A DNA stretch of 64,000 bases, from positions 60,986,788-61,050,787 of the forward strand of contig CM120640.1 of NCBI GenBank assembly GCA_051362555.1, given 5' to 3'. Within the stretch, counting starts at the first letter, position 1, and the number at the start of each line of letters is the position of its first letter. Source of the stretch: Lingula anatina. Its lineage: Eukaryota; Animalia; Brachiopoda. The notes under the pieces are model-generated. The model searched no databases, was not told the DNA's origin, and saw only the letters and a program-made list of their open reading frames with translations. Below are positions 36,401-49,200 of the stretch, piece by piece. The translations under genes were made by a program, and so were the position numbers.

Positions 36401-38910
36401 GAAACACGCCATATAACTTGTACATAAAACTAACCTCATAAACGAAATTTCAGACTTGAACTCATAGCCAGGTCAGAAAAAATCTATCAGACATTAAACC
36501 CATACACGTAACTAGAGTGTGCCAATCATTAAAGCATAAAATTGATACAATTCCCTACATTTTAATCAGTAAAAGCATGTTTTAGTACTTACTTCTTTTT
36601 TTGCCTCAAATTCCAATCTGCTTTGAAGTAATGCTTCTTGAAGTTCTTTCTCATATGTCTCTGCTGCGAACTGTACAGAAAAAAAAAAAAGATGCAAATA
36701 TGTTTAGAGTAAACAGAAGTTATGCCGTTTCCAATATCCATACACTCATCTCTACAACCAATTCAACCATTTTGTAATTAAAAATCATATTTTCATCAAA
36801 TTGAATTACAAACCTGCCTATCAAATTTCAAAATGAACATGAATTACCTTGAAAATCTTGTATCCCCATCATATTTTCTTCTCTTCCCACAACTGAGGCC
36901 TGGACCCTATCTTTTCATTCTTATTTCTCCACTCCCCTACCTCTCATTGATTCTTCTACCCTGGACTTCCACTTGAGGAACTTTTTACTCCTCCAACGAC
37001 CCCCCCTCCCCCTTTGCTCCCACTCAGACTGTGCCTCCTTATGTTCATCTCCCACCCATACACATACTCCCAGTACACACTTTAAAACCTAACCTCTTCA
37101 TCCTTATTCCTCCACTCTTCCCACTGTCTAATCGGGGCTGCTGATACATGGTGTTGCTGGTGCTGTTGAGGTTTGTGCTTGCCTGCTCCACCACCAAAAG
37201 CTAGATTACGGAGCTGAAATTGTATAACAGAATATACTCATCATTTCACCAGTGAATATTTGTGTGTATAAAATATGTTGTTGTTGCTTTTTGAAAAATG
37301 CCTGTAAAAGTACAATTCAAATATGTATTATGACTGCTTAAATAGAACATTTCACAAGATCTGATATAGTCCTAATATACACATCAAAAACAATGTACAC
37401 ATGCAACATACAAAAACAACCATACACATTGCTAACATGCACATTATTATACTTACTCAATAAAAAGGGCCATGGTGTCTAAACATGCCAATAGCTGACA
37501 TATTGCATTGAAGGTGTTCATACTATAATATTACATGTCAACAAAATGTTTCGAAACATTACATGCTGTTTTCTCCCCTTTTAAGCTACTTCTTGTCATT
37601 TTCTCTCCCACTGAACATAAAAAAAACATAGCTAATGCCATGTTTAGGATTGTAGGGCTGAACAAATAAAATGGATATCTAAATCTTTTTAGTTTAATCA
37701 GAATCTTTTCGAATCCAAAAGAAAATATGTAATTCATTAAACATTTCCATAACATTCAGATGGCTTACAGTAACTAAAGACACATGTACAGCACTTAAGG
37801 CAAGTTTTTAAACTACATTCGTGAAAAAAAAAACAATCTTCAATGCCACAATAGGTAATAATATTGTAAATTTTGAATTGTAAGCTGTTAAAATTATTCA
37901 ACTTTACCACAAGAGTTATCAAGTTTCCTATCACGTCTACCAAATGGATTATGACATGAATGCATATCTAAAGAGACATCCAGAACCAGTTACCTAAAGT
38001 TTGAGATAAAGTCAATTAAGTAGGCTAATCGACTGCACACAACTATGTAACTTGGAGTGAACTAGTAGGCTGGTTAGTTTAAAAACAACATGGAACCTAA
38101 TGCAACACCCAATATCTTACTGCATTGGTTTTGATATAGTTTTAGTAGATGTTATATACTCAGACCATTCTAGTAATCAGACAATAAAATTCAATAGACT
38201 AAGAGCAGAGTCTGAATACAAAGTTCTTATCATTAAGCACTCTGTATCAAAGTCTGAATAATGGTACTCCAGCACTTATGCATATTTTTTACTACATGTG
38301 CAGTGCTCAAGCATAGAGTAAATTATTCTGACTTATTGCCAACTAGCACTGGATGCTCTCCTTGGTAAATCACCCTGTTCATGTGTCTTTAATAAGAAAA
38401 AAAATATTTTCTATAATTTACCCTTGAAAACATTGTATCCTTCTGCATGCAAAACGAAAAAAACTAATGAGCAAAGCAAGGCCTTCATGTATGATAATGC
38501 CACCATTGCAATAACAAATAGAACCTTTAGGCACAAAGTATCTGCGCAAGGATTATATTTGACTGTAATATGGTTTATTTTTTCATATATGAGAGACAAT
38601 ATTGAAGACAAAGAGAGCGAATAAGAAGTGCTTTCACAACAATATCTGTAAACAAAGATAAATTTCATTTGAATAATGATTTGGATCTGAATCTGCCAGA
38701 CACAATGACTGTGTCGTCGAATACCTCGTCGGTTTCAGCTTTAGATGTGTCATTCTTCTTCTTTTTCTTCTGTTTTTTCTTTGCATTTGCTGTTTGTGTT
38801 TGATTTTGTGACTTTCCACTCTGGGGTTTTCTTTGATTTTCTGTTCCATCGCTGTCTTCGTCATCTTCTACTTTGAGCAGCGAGAAACGTGACGATACTG
38901 CTAAGGCCAT
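33475..38910 (-). CDS. GKAP1: G kinase-anchoring protein 1, 10 exons, ~346 aa
   Basis: Exons 38910-38725, 37213-37094, 36670-36593, 36232-36070, 35489-35335, 34780-34679, 34420-34357, 34154-34084, 33887-33810, 33498-33475 in frame. Motifs SRFSLLKV, ELRNLAF, WEEWRNKDE, ALLQSRLEF, VKKRNKQL, GEMKGKAEILVQ, LEKERSKV. Confidence 0.93.
35047..35171. mobile_element. Short palindromic (foldback/MITE-like) element in a GKAP1 intron
   Basis: TCAATCTGTTGTTTTGCAGACCTCACAAAAG pairs with CTTTTCTGAGGTCTGCAAAACAACATATTGA (2 mismatches in 31 bp); imperfect pairing extends further out. Confidence 0.75.
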
Positions 38911-39234
38911 AGTTTAGACTCTATCATGGGAGGGCAGCACCTGCACTGGACCTTGGCATAATTTTTCAAGAAAGGTGAAAAAAGTTAGATTATTTCAAGA
39001 CCATATTTGGAAACTAAAAGAATCAAATGCCCAGTTTTCTGTGATCTACTGCAATATTTTGCAAATTACTTATAGCTGGTTTAAATCTATAATAACAAGT
39101 AGTGAACTCATTATTATTATTTTTCTTTATCAAAGATTGATGTCTTGATAAAAAAGTTCATTCTCCAGCAAGTGCTGCCCTCTTTCAATAAGTAGACTGC
39201 TACGTGGTTGTGCATGCGCATTGCAGACGACAAC
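38911..39234. promoter_or_regulatory. Compact bidirectional promoter GKAP1 (-) / COPE (+), 324 bp between start codons
   Basis: Divergent ATGs at 38910 and 39235. NRF1-like TGCATGCGCA at 39211-39220 and YY1-like CAACATGGC overlapping the COPE ATG. Confidence 0.8.
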
Positions 39235-42200
39235 ATGGCAAGGGAAGCTGATGTGGATGAGCTCTTCGAAATCAAAACTTCTTTATACACTGGAAATTAC
39301 CAGCAGTGTATAAATGAAGCCCAGAAGCTCAAAGTAAGTTATATGTTTGCCTGAATTTGTTTGATTGCTACATGAAGCTTTATTTATATGTAAATATGTC
39401 GCCGGCTTACAAAATGAACTAACGTAACAGTAACATCAAACATTATAAATTAAAATAACAATTTGTTCATTCTTACGAATACTGCAGATTAAGTGATAGA
39501 CATACACCATATTCATATTTCCTTTCATAGCCCTCACCCCAACTGAGAGAGGAAAGAGATGTTATAATGTACAGAGCTTACATAGCCCAAAGGAAGTACG
39601 GTGTTGTGTTGGATGAAATAGGTGCCTCCTCCCCTCCCGAGTTACAGGCAGTCAAAATGTATGCAGACTATTTGGCCAATGATACAAAAAGGTCAGTCAG
39701 CTGGGTAAACTTTTAATACAAAGGCAAATATTAAAAGTAGCAACATCATGTCAGAGGAAAAGAAACGCTGCCCTATTTGTTGGTCATAAAACTAGCTTGC
39801 TTGTTTATCACCCATGTTCATTGGCATATGAAGGCATAGGCATATTGAGTTAATGATATATTTAGCCAAATAATTTGGATGTATGAAGGCAAAATTTTAA
39901 AGCTTAGATGAAGTATATTGGTTCACTTTTTGATTGAAATGTTCTGTAGGTCTGTATTGTGAATGAAGCAAATCTGTATTTTATATTATAGGGACTCTAT
40001 TGTCAGAGATCTTGACAAGCAGATGAGTGGAAATGTGGATTTGACTAACAGCACATTCCTTCTTATGGCAGCATCCATATATATTCAGGAACAGGTAGCT
40101 AATAACTAGTTTTCAAGGCTCTAAAAATGGTTAATGTATTAAATTGTATAATGATTTATCTTACGATGTGTTATATGGGTTCTGTACTGATTTCGTTGTT
40201 TCATGATAATATTTAAGTCAAGTTTTAGTGTCTCTTACAGAAAAATACATTATTATGTGTTAAGTGGCTCAATTTTTTCTTTTTAGGAAATCACTGACAA
40301 TTTGAATAATCTGTTTGAACAACAATATTATTATTTCAATCTTACTTTCAGAATTTTGATTCTGCTCTACGGACACTTCATTCATCAGATAATTTAGAGT
40401 GGTGAGTCATGGACATTAGTTCTTTTTGTCTTGCAATAAATTCTATAAATAAAGGAGCTCATCAAATTTTTGTTGAAAAAAAAAACAATGAAATGCACAT
40501 TTTTATCTGTAGAAATTGCTTTTGAAAACAATCTTTTTTTCACATGTTGTGGTGTCCTATGACATTTGAAATGTGTGCAAAGTTTTTTCATCTTAACTGC
40601 ACCTTATTTATTTAATTTTACAAAATTCATTGGAACTTATCCTATTTTACAGCATTGCCACTATGATACAGATCTACCTGAAAATTGATCGAGTTGACCT
40701 AGCAAAGTAAGTGCAGATAGTGGTTTCAGACCACAACTTCCAGGAAGTCATGTATGTAGGCCACTGAGTTTCCCTTTATACTTGCATTTAATCATTCACT
40801 TCTTTTTTGTTGTATTGTAACATGTCTGCAGCAATATCTTAAAGTAGAAATTTTGTTTTGCTTCATTTTTGTTCATGTCCCCTTTAGGGTCAAGTATGGA
40901 TCTGATGAGATAATTTTTTTGAAAAGTTCCATAGACATCTTGTCCAGTTTTTAGTCAGGTATCCTCCTCCCTCTTTCCCCTCTTAATCATTTTCTTCTGA
41001 AGCACACCTTCTGGTTTGTACTCCTGTTGAATTTAGTAATTGATTAATTGTAGCATTTAGGTAGAGTTATGAAAACTGCTTAAAATAATTTCAGTTATTT
41101 TGAACTGCTAGTCACAACATAGATTTTCAATATACTAAGGGCTCTTAGTTATCACCTATATCAGTCTGTCAACTTTTTACAGTGCTGTCATTGGCCAAGA
41201 GTGGCTGTACACTGATAGTTGTTACACTTGCATTATGCAAAACATTGCTTTGTCAGTAAATACCTCAAAAAGCTCATTCTAAAGTCCTGATATTGAACAT
41301 GTATTATGCTGTGTTATAGTATTTTCTTGTTTCACCAGAAAGTTTTTGTATAGATGGTTTTAGAAAAAAAATCATATATGTTTACTATTATGCTATTAGT
41401 CATCTAATTATGAAATAGTAGTTTTCATTGAAATCCATTAGTGATCAATGTACCATTCTAATATTTCAGGAAAGAGTTGAAGAGGATGCAGGATACGGAT
41501 GATGACAACATCCTCACTCAAATGGCCCAGGCTTGGTTTAATCTTGCTGTGGTACGTACTACAAACACCACATTTATCTAAATAGATAGTTTGACTTCAT
41601 GAAATCTACCTTCCACAAATTAAGTTAAAATTCAAATTTTTGTTTGGTTAGTATATTTGTTTTAGACATTGCTACCCAATTTTTTTATGTTAAGATATTT
41701 TCAACTTGTAAACATTTTTCCCAAAATTAAATCCATTCATTTCTTTCTTTTATTGTTTTACATCATGGGAAAACAAACCATAATAAAGTTCTTAAAATAG
41801 TTCTTAAAATTTATCTCTTCTAATACTTTACTGTTTTTCGTTAAGTCAAGCCTTGCATATCATCAAAAAATATTTTTTCTTGCCTTCTAGGGAGGTGAAA
41901 AGTACCAGGATGCCTACTACATTTTCCAGGAGATGGCGGACAAGCATGTGTCCACCCCTCTCCTCCTCAATGGTATGGCCGCTTGTTACATGGCGCAAGG
42001 GAGGTTTGATGATGCTGAGGGGGCACTACAGGAAGCCATGGATAAGGTAGAATTAAATTGAAGGAGTTTATATTTAAAGTTGAAAATCTTTTAAGTCCAC
42101 TATGTGGAATTTATGTTCACTTCATTTATTCCACTTCAAAAATGTGCTGGAACAGACTACCACTTAAATGTTAGCAGTATTATGGTATGTTGATTGATCA

Positions 42201-43241
42201 GGACACGTAGCAATCAAATATTTTGCTTTTAGCATTGTTTAATCTGTCAATTCTTCTTCCAGGACAGCAACAATCCAGAGACCTTGGTAAACATGGTGGT
42301 GCTTTCACAGCATTTAGGAAAACCTCCTGAGGTACAGTCTTGCTGTTAATTTTTTTCCAGACACTGAGTATTTTTATTTATTTATTTATTTATTTATTTA
42401 TTGAACATACATGAATTGAGTTTTTTTACAATGAATAAAGGGAATTTAAACTGAGAATTAAAGTGAAAATTTGCATATGTTAGCTCTGGTGTGATGACAC
42501 TAGTATTTTAATATGTAGCGTTGATCTGATTTCTGTCTACTGATATGCTGATTTCAGTCGTTTTTTTTTTTAGATAAAATGTTTAAAGAGCTTCTTTTTG
42601 CCTTGTTTTTCTAGGTTAGCAATCGTTATATTTCTCAGCTGAAAGATTCACATAGGAGCCATCCATTTGTGAAGGATTATCTCCAAAAGGTGAGATTAAT
42701 TGCACTTTATGCAGAGATGTAACCAACAAAAACACTTGCTAAGTAAATTTTGTACATCATGGGAAAATATTTTAGACCAGCAAGGGAACAGGAAATCCTT
42801 TCCTTTGGTCAATTTGGTGAAATCTTGATATGTCTTACAATTTACCCCCAAATGGGCGATTATCGCAATTATTCTGGAATCTGTGTTTGCTATCGCACCA
42901 TGTGGACTTTCATAGATAGCTACACTTCATAATTATCAGCAGACTAACAAATCTGAGGATCAAATATGGCCGACCAACTTAAATGCTTGTTGTGTAATCC
43001 CCACATTTACCCCAGGACCTGTTTTATGGCACTCTCCCCACTCAAATGAAGAGTTGTCATCCTTTAAAGACGTGAAAAGTTGAATGCAATTCAAAGCAAT
43101 GTCATGTACAACTTTTTCCTTCTGGCACAAGGCATTTAATTTTTTAATGACACAAGTCTTATAATGCTTTTCTTCTTCTCTTTTTAGGAAAATGAATTGG
43201 ACAGATTAGTAAAGAATTATGCTCCATCAGTATCAGCATAG
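39235..43241 (+). CDS. COPE: Coatomer subunit epsilon, 10 exons, ~300 aa
   Basis: Exons 39235-39333, 39531-39691, 39992-40094, 40352-40401, 40653-40706, 41470-41551, 41891-42046, 42263-42331, 42615-42689, 43188-43241 in frame. Motifs [62 protein letters not shown]. Confidence 0.97.
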
Positions 43242-43738
43242 GGACAAGGTCAAAGTTAATGGAACTATTAGAGTGTATACAGCAGCAAATCTGTGTTCGC
43301 ACTCATTGTATTATAATATTTTGGACACTGTATGTCATTGGTCTTGTTATTTCTGATATCTTTTCTGTAACAAAGCTTCTAGGACAAGATTGGAAAGAGA
43401 GAGTCTGGATCTTAACAAAATCATGCTATAGTCACTGGGAAGAAATGTTGAAGAAAATGAAAGGAATGTAAGGAATGAGGGATTTTCAAGAGAATCTATA
43501 CTTTATATTTAAAAAAATAAAATTATGTAGATAACTATTATTATTATTATGTGTTATTGCATTAATTTCTTCTTCAGTATTTACATTTGACCCCTATAGC
43601 CTTCTCTAAAATCAAAGGATATCGTACAATCATGAGAATGTCCCTCTTTTTATTTGTAGAGTACAAAACCTACATGTGAAGTGGGACATATAGTTCTTCA
43701 GCTATTTTTCTGATATCTGAGCTTGTCTTTAGATCACG

Positions 43739-43934
43739 TGACCTCCACTGATGGCTATACTCTGTTAAAATCTCTTAAGAGATTTTAACAAAAAAACAAA
43801 CTTTTTAGAAAAAAAAACGGACTAACTTTGAATGTAAAAATGGATTCATTAACCATTGGTTAGTATGGGAAAATTGTTGTTTACTCCAGGAAAATTCATT
43901 TTTTGGCCGAAACGAAGAGTTATTATCCCTTTAA
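43739..43934. mobile_element. Second, inverted and partial copy of the Kolobok-like element at 26511-26861
   Basis: Reverse-complement similarity to ~26511-26718. Ends GAAGAGTTATTATCCCTTTAA and contains the perfect 26-bp palindrome GTTAAAATCTCTTAAGAGATTTTAAC. Confidence 0.75.
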
Positions 43935-46077
43935 GATTCTTTTTGTCTGAACTGCGCTTCACATCCCTGATTACTAAACAAATGTTACAAGTTCATTGTG
44001 TTGCCATTTTTGAAAAGCACCTTATGAAAGTTCATAAAATTTACTAGTTTATTTGCAAGTGGATCATAAAGGAAATCCATAACAGTTCGACGACAGTCAA
44101 GAATTGATTCACCGAAAGCTCCTCGAAAAGTAAAAAAAAATAATAATAATAACAGCAAAATTCAAACCTATTTTCAAGATATTATTTAACTGAATGAAGT
44201 TAAGAAGAGGATAAATTAAAGATCATGAAAGACGGGTATGTGTTTTTATATACTCGATTTTACGTGGAACGCGCTTTATTTTTATTTCTTTTTTAATTGC
44301 TGTATTGAATCTCTGCCATCTTTCATAAAAACCGAGTTTTCTCACTTTTAGCTTAACAAGCGTAAAATATATTAAACAAACAAAAGATTTTCAAAGTGCT
44401 TTCGTGTTCCATCTCATACCCGGAAGTTTGAATGAAATGCATTTTTTGCGGAAAACTGCGCTAGATGTGGATTTATATACATAAAAAGATAGTAGAAAGA
44501 GTTACGCAATGAGCATTTTTTCCAAATCATCCACGGAAGATTACTTTAAAATCTAAATATTTACTTAGGTACACGGTCTAAGAAAGACGAGTAACATATA
44601 CATTCATTTGAAAATATCATACCCGGAAGTTTTCTTAATGACTGGAACCTGTCACCTGCTGATGATTGTCCCTCAGACCCCCTACGTATATATGTCCCTC
44701 TTTATATCCTAATATGGTTATCTCACCTATCGGCTGTAAAAAGATAACTATAATTTGATAAGCGAAATCAAATTGACCAACAACGGATTCTGTGGGTTTC
44801 ATATTCGAAATTTTATTTATATTCAACTAGGATGGTTCTTTCTATTGTTTTGTGTCCGGGCAACCAAAATAGATGGTTCCTTCAGTTTTCATATATAGTA
44901 TACTTACATGCATGGCCTCCATTGTGCAAGCATGTGAACTTATGGACGGTACGTAAGGAAGAAAATAACCATCATTAAAAAACATTTCTTATTCCTTTTA
45001 ACGGGGATTTGTGACAGTTTTCTGAGCATTTTCATTTATTCAGCGTGTCCGGTCAACCAAGATGATACTTCCAAGTTTTTTTATATATCGATTTTACAGT
45101 GAAAGGAATAGCTTCCTTCCGCCTTTGGTTTCCACACCTGACCATAGAACAGACAATTACATTTTATGATCAATTGAAATTGACCCCTGACAACAAGTGC
45201 GTGGAATTGAGTTATCCACAAGTCGCAATGATTACACTTTTTATTATATACAAAAAGTGTATTTTTGGCTTCGTGTCCGGTCAACAAAATAATGCCCACA
45301 CTGTCCAACCCTTAGTATTTTGAAAAAAGGTAAATACTCGTAATTGTTACTCAGCATGATAAAACAATTGGGTCCCTCAAGTTCTGTCCCGACAAATACG
45401 AAGGTAATGTAGCCATAAGGACATACACCGGGGGTTGTGTTTTAAGTACGTTTTCTTGTTTAGCTTTCCCAAGTCCCCATCAGTTTACGGATCGCTATGA
45501 AAAGAAATTATATTAGGACTGATTGACGCTTACCACGGCACGGACTAAACTCTTTCTTTTTCTGTCAGCACTGAGCGAGTGCATGGCATTGCGCACTGCA
45601 GAGCACACATATGGGTCTATATTTTTACACATTATGATGTGTTGCGACCAATAACAGTCTTGGGGAGACCCACATCCAGCTGCATATCTCATACATTGTG
45701 GCTAGAATTCTCCAGTGTATCCTCTGCATGGAACCGTTTTACACCGACTTAACGCTCTTTCCTCTTGATTACCTCCGAGAAAAGAAGAGAAATAGTTTAG
45801 TGCGTTAGTATCAAATAACAGCCATTCAAGTAACATTACCTATTTACAATAAACATAGTATCATATTACCATAGTAATATTTAGTTAACGCTAAGTAGAC
45901 AATGATAATGCGTCTGTCTTATTCCGTGGTATGGTATGGTGAGTCACCCAGTGACGTAGCACCGCCGCCGGATTGAAGCCACTTCTCGACCTTATTAAAG
46001 GTATAATATGCTGAGGATCCAGCCCTAACCTGACAGTAGTAGTATTTCCGCGTTCAAACTCACAGTTGTAGTTGAAC

Positions 46078-46208
46078 ATGGCGCGTTTCCTGACACCCAA
46101 GGGACTATTTGCTTTATTGCTTTCCATGCTCGCACATCTCTGCCAAGGTAGGTGATATATTTGGCTGTATATTTTATTCAAATCGTGGCCACCTTTCCCC
46201 TGTATGCG

Positions 46209-46243
<35 letters not shown>

Positions 46244-49200
46244 TGTGTGTGTGTGTGTGTGTTAAAGAGTGGGGGCGTGAGGGATGAGGAAAAAAACGAG
46301 AATAGGTAACTGCCAACACTATTGTCAATCCAAATTAGCAAACGTTCACGCAGTAAAGCAGGAAAAGAGGCAACATTTTCCCCTTTCTGTTTGATAACAC
46401 ATATAGGTCACTATACTTTTGGTGTCTGTAAGTTCAACTCTATCGTCTGCATGAGCGCTATCAATCTATATTTGTCTGTAGCTTTTATTGATCGACAATG
46501 AGTTTTATTACGTCTGGCTGTACGATATTTACATTTATATGGAAAAGTCACACTTGTCGAACTTAAACCAAGTCGACATGGTATAAACACAATCTTATTA
46601 CATTTGCTGCATGGTTTGGGAACGAAATACATTTGGTTTTATTTTTAGAGCTTTGCCCCATGCTCACATGACTGAGAAGTGTGTAGTATTCCCACGTTTG
46701 GCGGAGTGGTAATTCAATAACCTAATTATTATATAAGCTGACAAATCTATTACCTTAGCTGTAAAATACGCCTACTGAGAAACACTGACTCATTATGTTT
46801 GAAAACAGGCAAAATGATGTCTGAAATTCTATTATCCAACGCAAAACGCCATATCATGATCTGATCAATTTGATGATGTCACTCGTTCAGATAAAATTAC
46901 TTTTTTCGCAACAGACCTGCTTTTAAATTATTTTTAGAGAATTAGATATGCATGTGATTCACTTGGGATTTTTATGTTAGTCATTAATTAAACTTTAATA
47001 TTCAACCGTGACAGTTGTTGGCGACTGAGAGCAGGGATAATTAATGATATAATCAATGAAATGGATATTTCCCAACATGATCCAATTAACTAGAGCGGGA
47101 ATAACTACATTTGGGTTAATTTCTCTAAAAAATTCAAGTACACCGATATAAGAAACCGTGATCTTTCGATACTCGACACGATTCGGGTTAAGACAGCGCA
47201 TATTATCATTACCCTCTACCAGCGCCACAGATTGAGTTTTCTCTAGTTATTCACAGATATGCCTCTAGATAAATGATGGTACTTTTCATGCACTGTCACT
47301 CGTCAGGGAGAAGTGCACATAATTATCTGCGACCCTTGTGGAGGGTGCATTATCATTCCCTGCGTGGTGTTACATCTCACTCAATTAAAAGTTTTTTTGT
47401 TGATTCTGAGACACCCAGTCTTAAGATACATACGAAGTTTGCTAGTAGACAGCACAGGTGAACATATTCGACCTTTCTTCCCCTAGCAGCAGTGCACTTT
47501 TAAAAACATTACAATGAATGCGATTCACGTATGATAGGCACATATGATCCTGAGAAATAAGGGTTTCCATTAATACGTGTTTTTCCAGTGAACCTCTCCA
47601 TGGTGTTCTTGTTATAAGCTAATTACGGTATCGCATACCCACTTTGTGTGGATAGGCCGACAGCAGAAGCTAAACCTGAATCAAGGCTTTGACATCTCAA
47701 AGAAGGAAAGAACTGTATTTTTGGGCTGACTGTGTATATGCATTTTGGTATAAGCTTATAGTGTATACACAAGTAACAATCAGTGCGCTGTTCAGTGGAA
47801 ATCCTTTGTTACAGACGCACACACACGCACATGCACACACACATACACACACATAAAACCGGTCTAAGTTACAAACTGATCAGAAATTGATATAGAAATT
47901 GCAAAATACGAAAATAAGAAAATGTTACTTTAAAAAATAAACAAATTTCTTTTTCAATAAGCTAGTCTGCTGCTCCCCCCATCCCCTTCGTTCCATCTAA
48001 GTATGATCAACCATTTTGGGTTTGTACCATCTTATTTGACACTTTTTAGGTGTTATTCATTTGTCTGTCCCCTTTCCGTGTTTCCTTTCAACAGCCTATA
48101 AAATAAAACAAAGGGCGCCTTAAAATACATTTCAATTGGAGTTTTAAGCGAAATCCCGCTGAGCTCCGTTGATTGAGTCTTTTTTCTTCACGTGCGGATT
48201 TCATCCTCAAGAAAGAGCCGCCATTGTTTTACCCGTTTCACCTTACAGTGGCCGTCGCGTCTATCTTGCCTTTTCCCCGAGAAACTGATCCACATTTTCA
48301 TGTTTTATTAACAATGACACACCATGGACAAATTTGCGGTTTGGTGAATATATTTTACATTGAGTCAAGCATTTTACAAATTCAAAGAAATGTGGTAAGG
48401 AATCATTAATGCCGACATCTTGCCTTGTTTCTGATGCAGTGGTTTGTTATCTTTGTTGTCTGCAAGTTGTAAATGCCTAACTGATGATATTTCTTTACAC
48501 AGTTCGTACCCAGGTTACAAAAACTGAAAACGATACCCGTAATCTAATTCAATCTACGTATAGCCACTGCCAAAAAACAGCAGAGGTTTTCTTTTCTTTT
48601 CTTTTTTTTTAGAGATCTGATCAGTTGCGTATGGAAATCATCCTTTTCATTTCTGAATGAAAACCCATGCAATTTTTCTAAGGCCTCGAGATAAAGATTG
48701 CTGCATCACAAGATTTTATTGTGACCTTATGTAATTCATTTGACCGATTTCGTTTGCAATTTGGGCGCTGTTGATCTTTGTATCACATGGTCATCAAGAC
48801 GATCTTCTAGTGCTATGTGAATTGTTTGACAGCAACTGCCACGTAGGACGAGAGGGATATCCCTATGATAAGACAGGCTCTAGAGAGCGCAAGCTGAGTT
48901 CTAATAAAATGAAAATGTTCTACGTCACTTGTCCCCGTTTTTTCTTTATTTTCGATTCATGTTGCTAGTATTTTGAACTAAAAGTGAGATATGGTACTCA
49001 AAGCGTGTTTTTTCTTTTTCTTTTCTTTTCTTTTCATTTTTTTTTTTTTTTTTTTTTTTTGTGACAAAACAGTAATTTTTGTGCTTTCTAGTACATGGTG
49101 GTGATGTGGAGTTGCTAAATGCTAATTAAAGTTAACTAAAAGTCAAGTTCATTTTAATGTGCGTTTGATCATGATTACACTAGTACTGCTTTAATTGATG

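Noticed and set aside
45891-46328. 145-aa minus-strand ORF
   Set aside because: Spans the (GT)n microsatellite and is antisense to the leader exon of Ig gene A.
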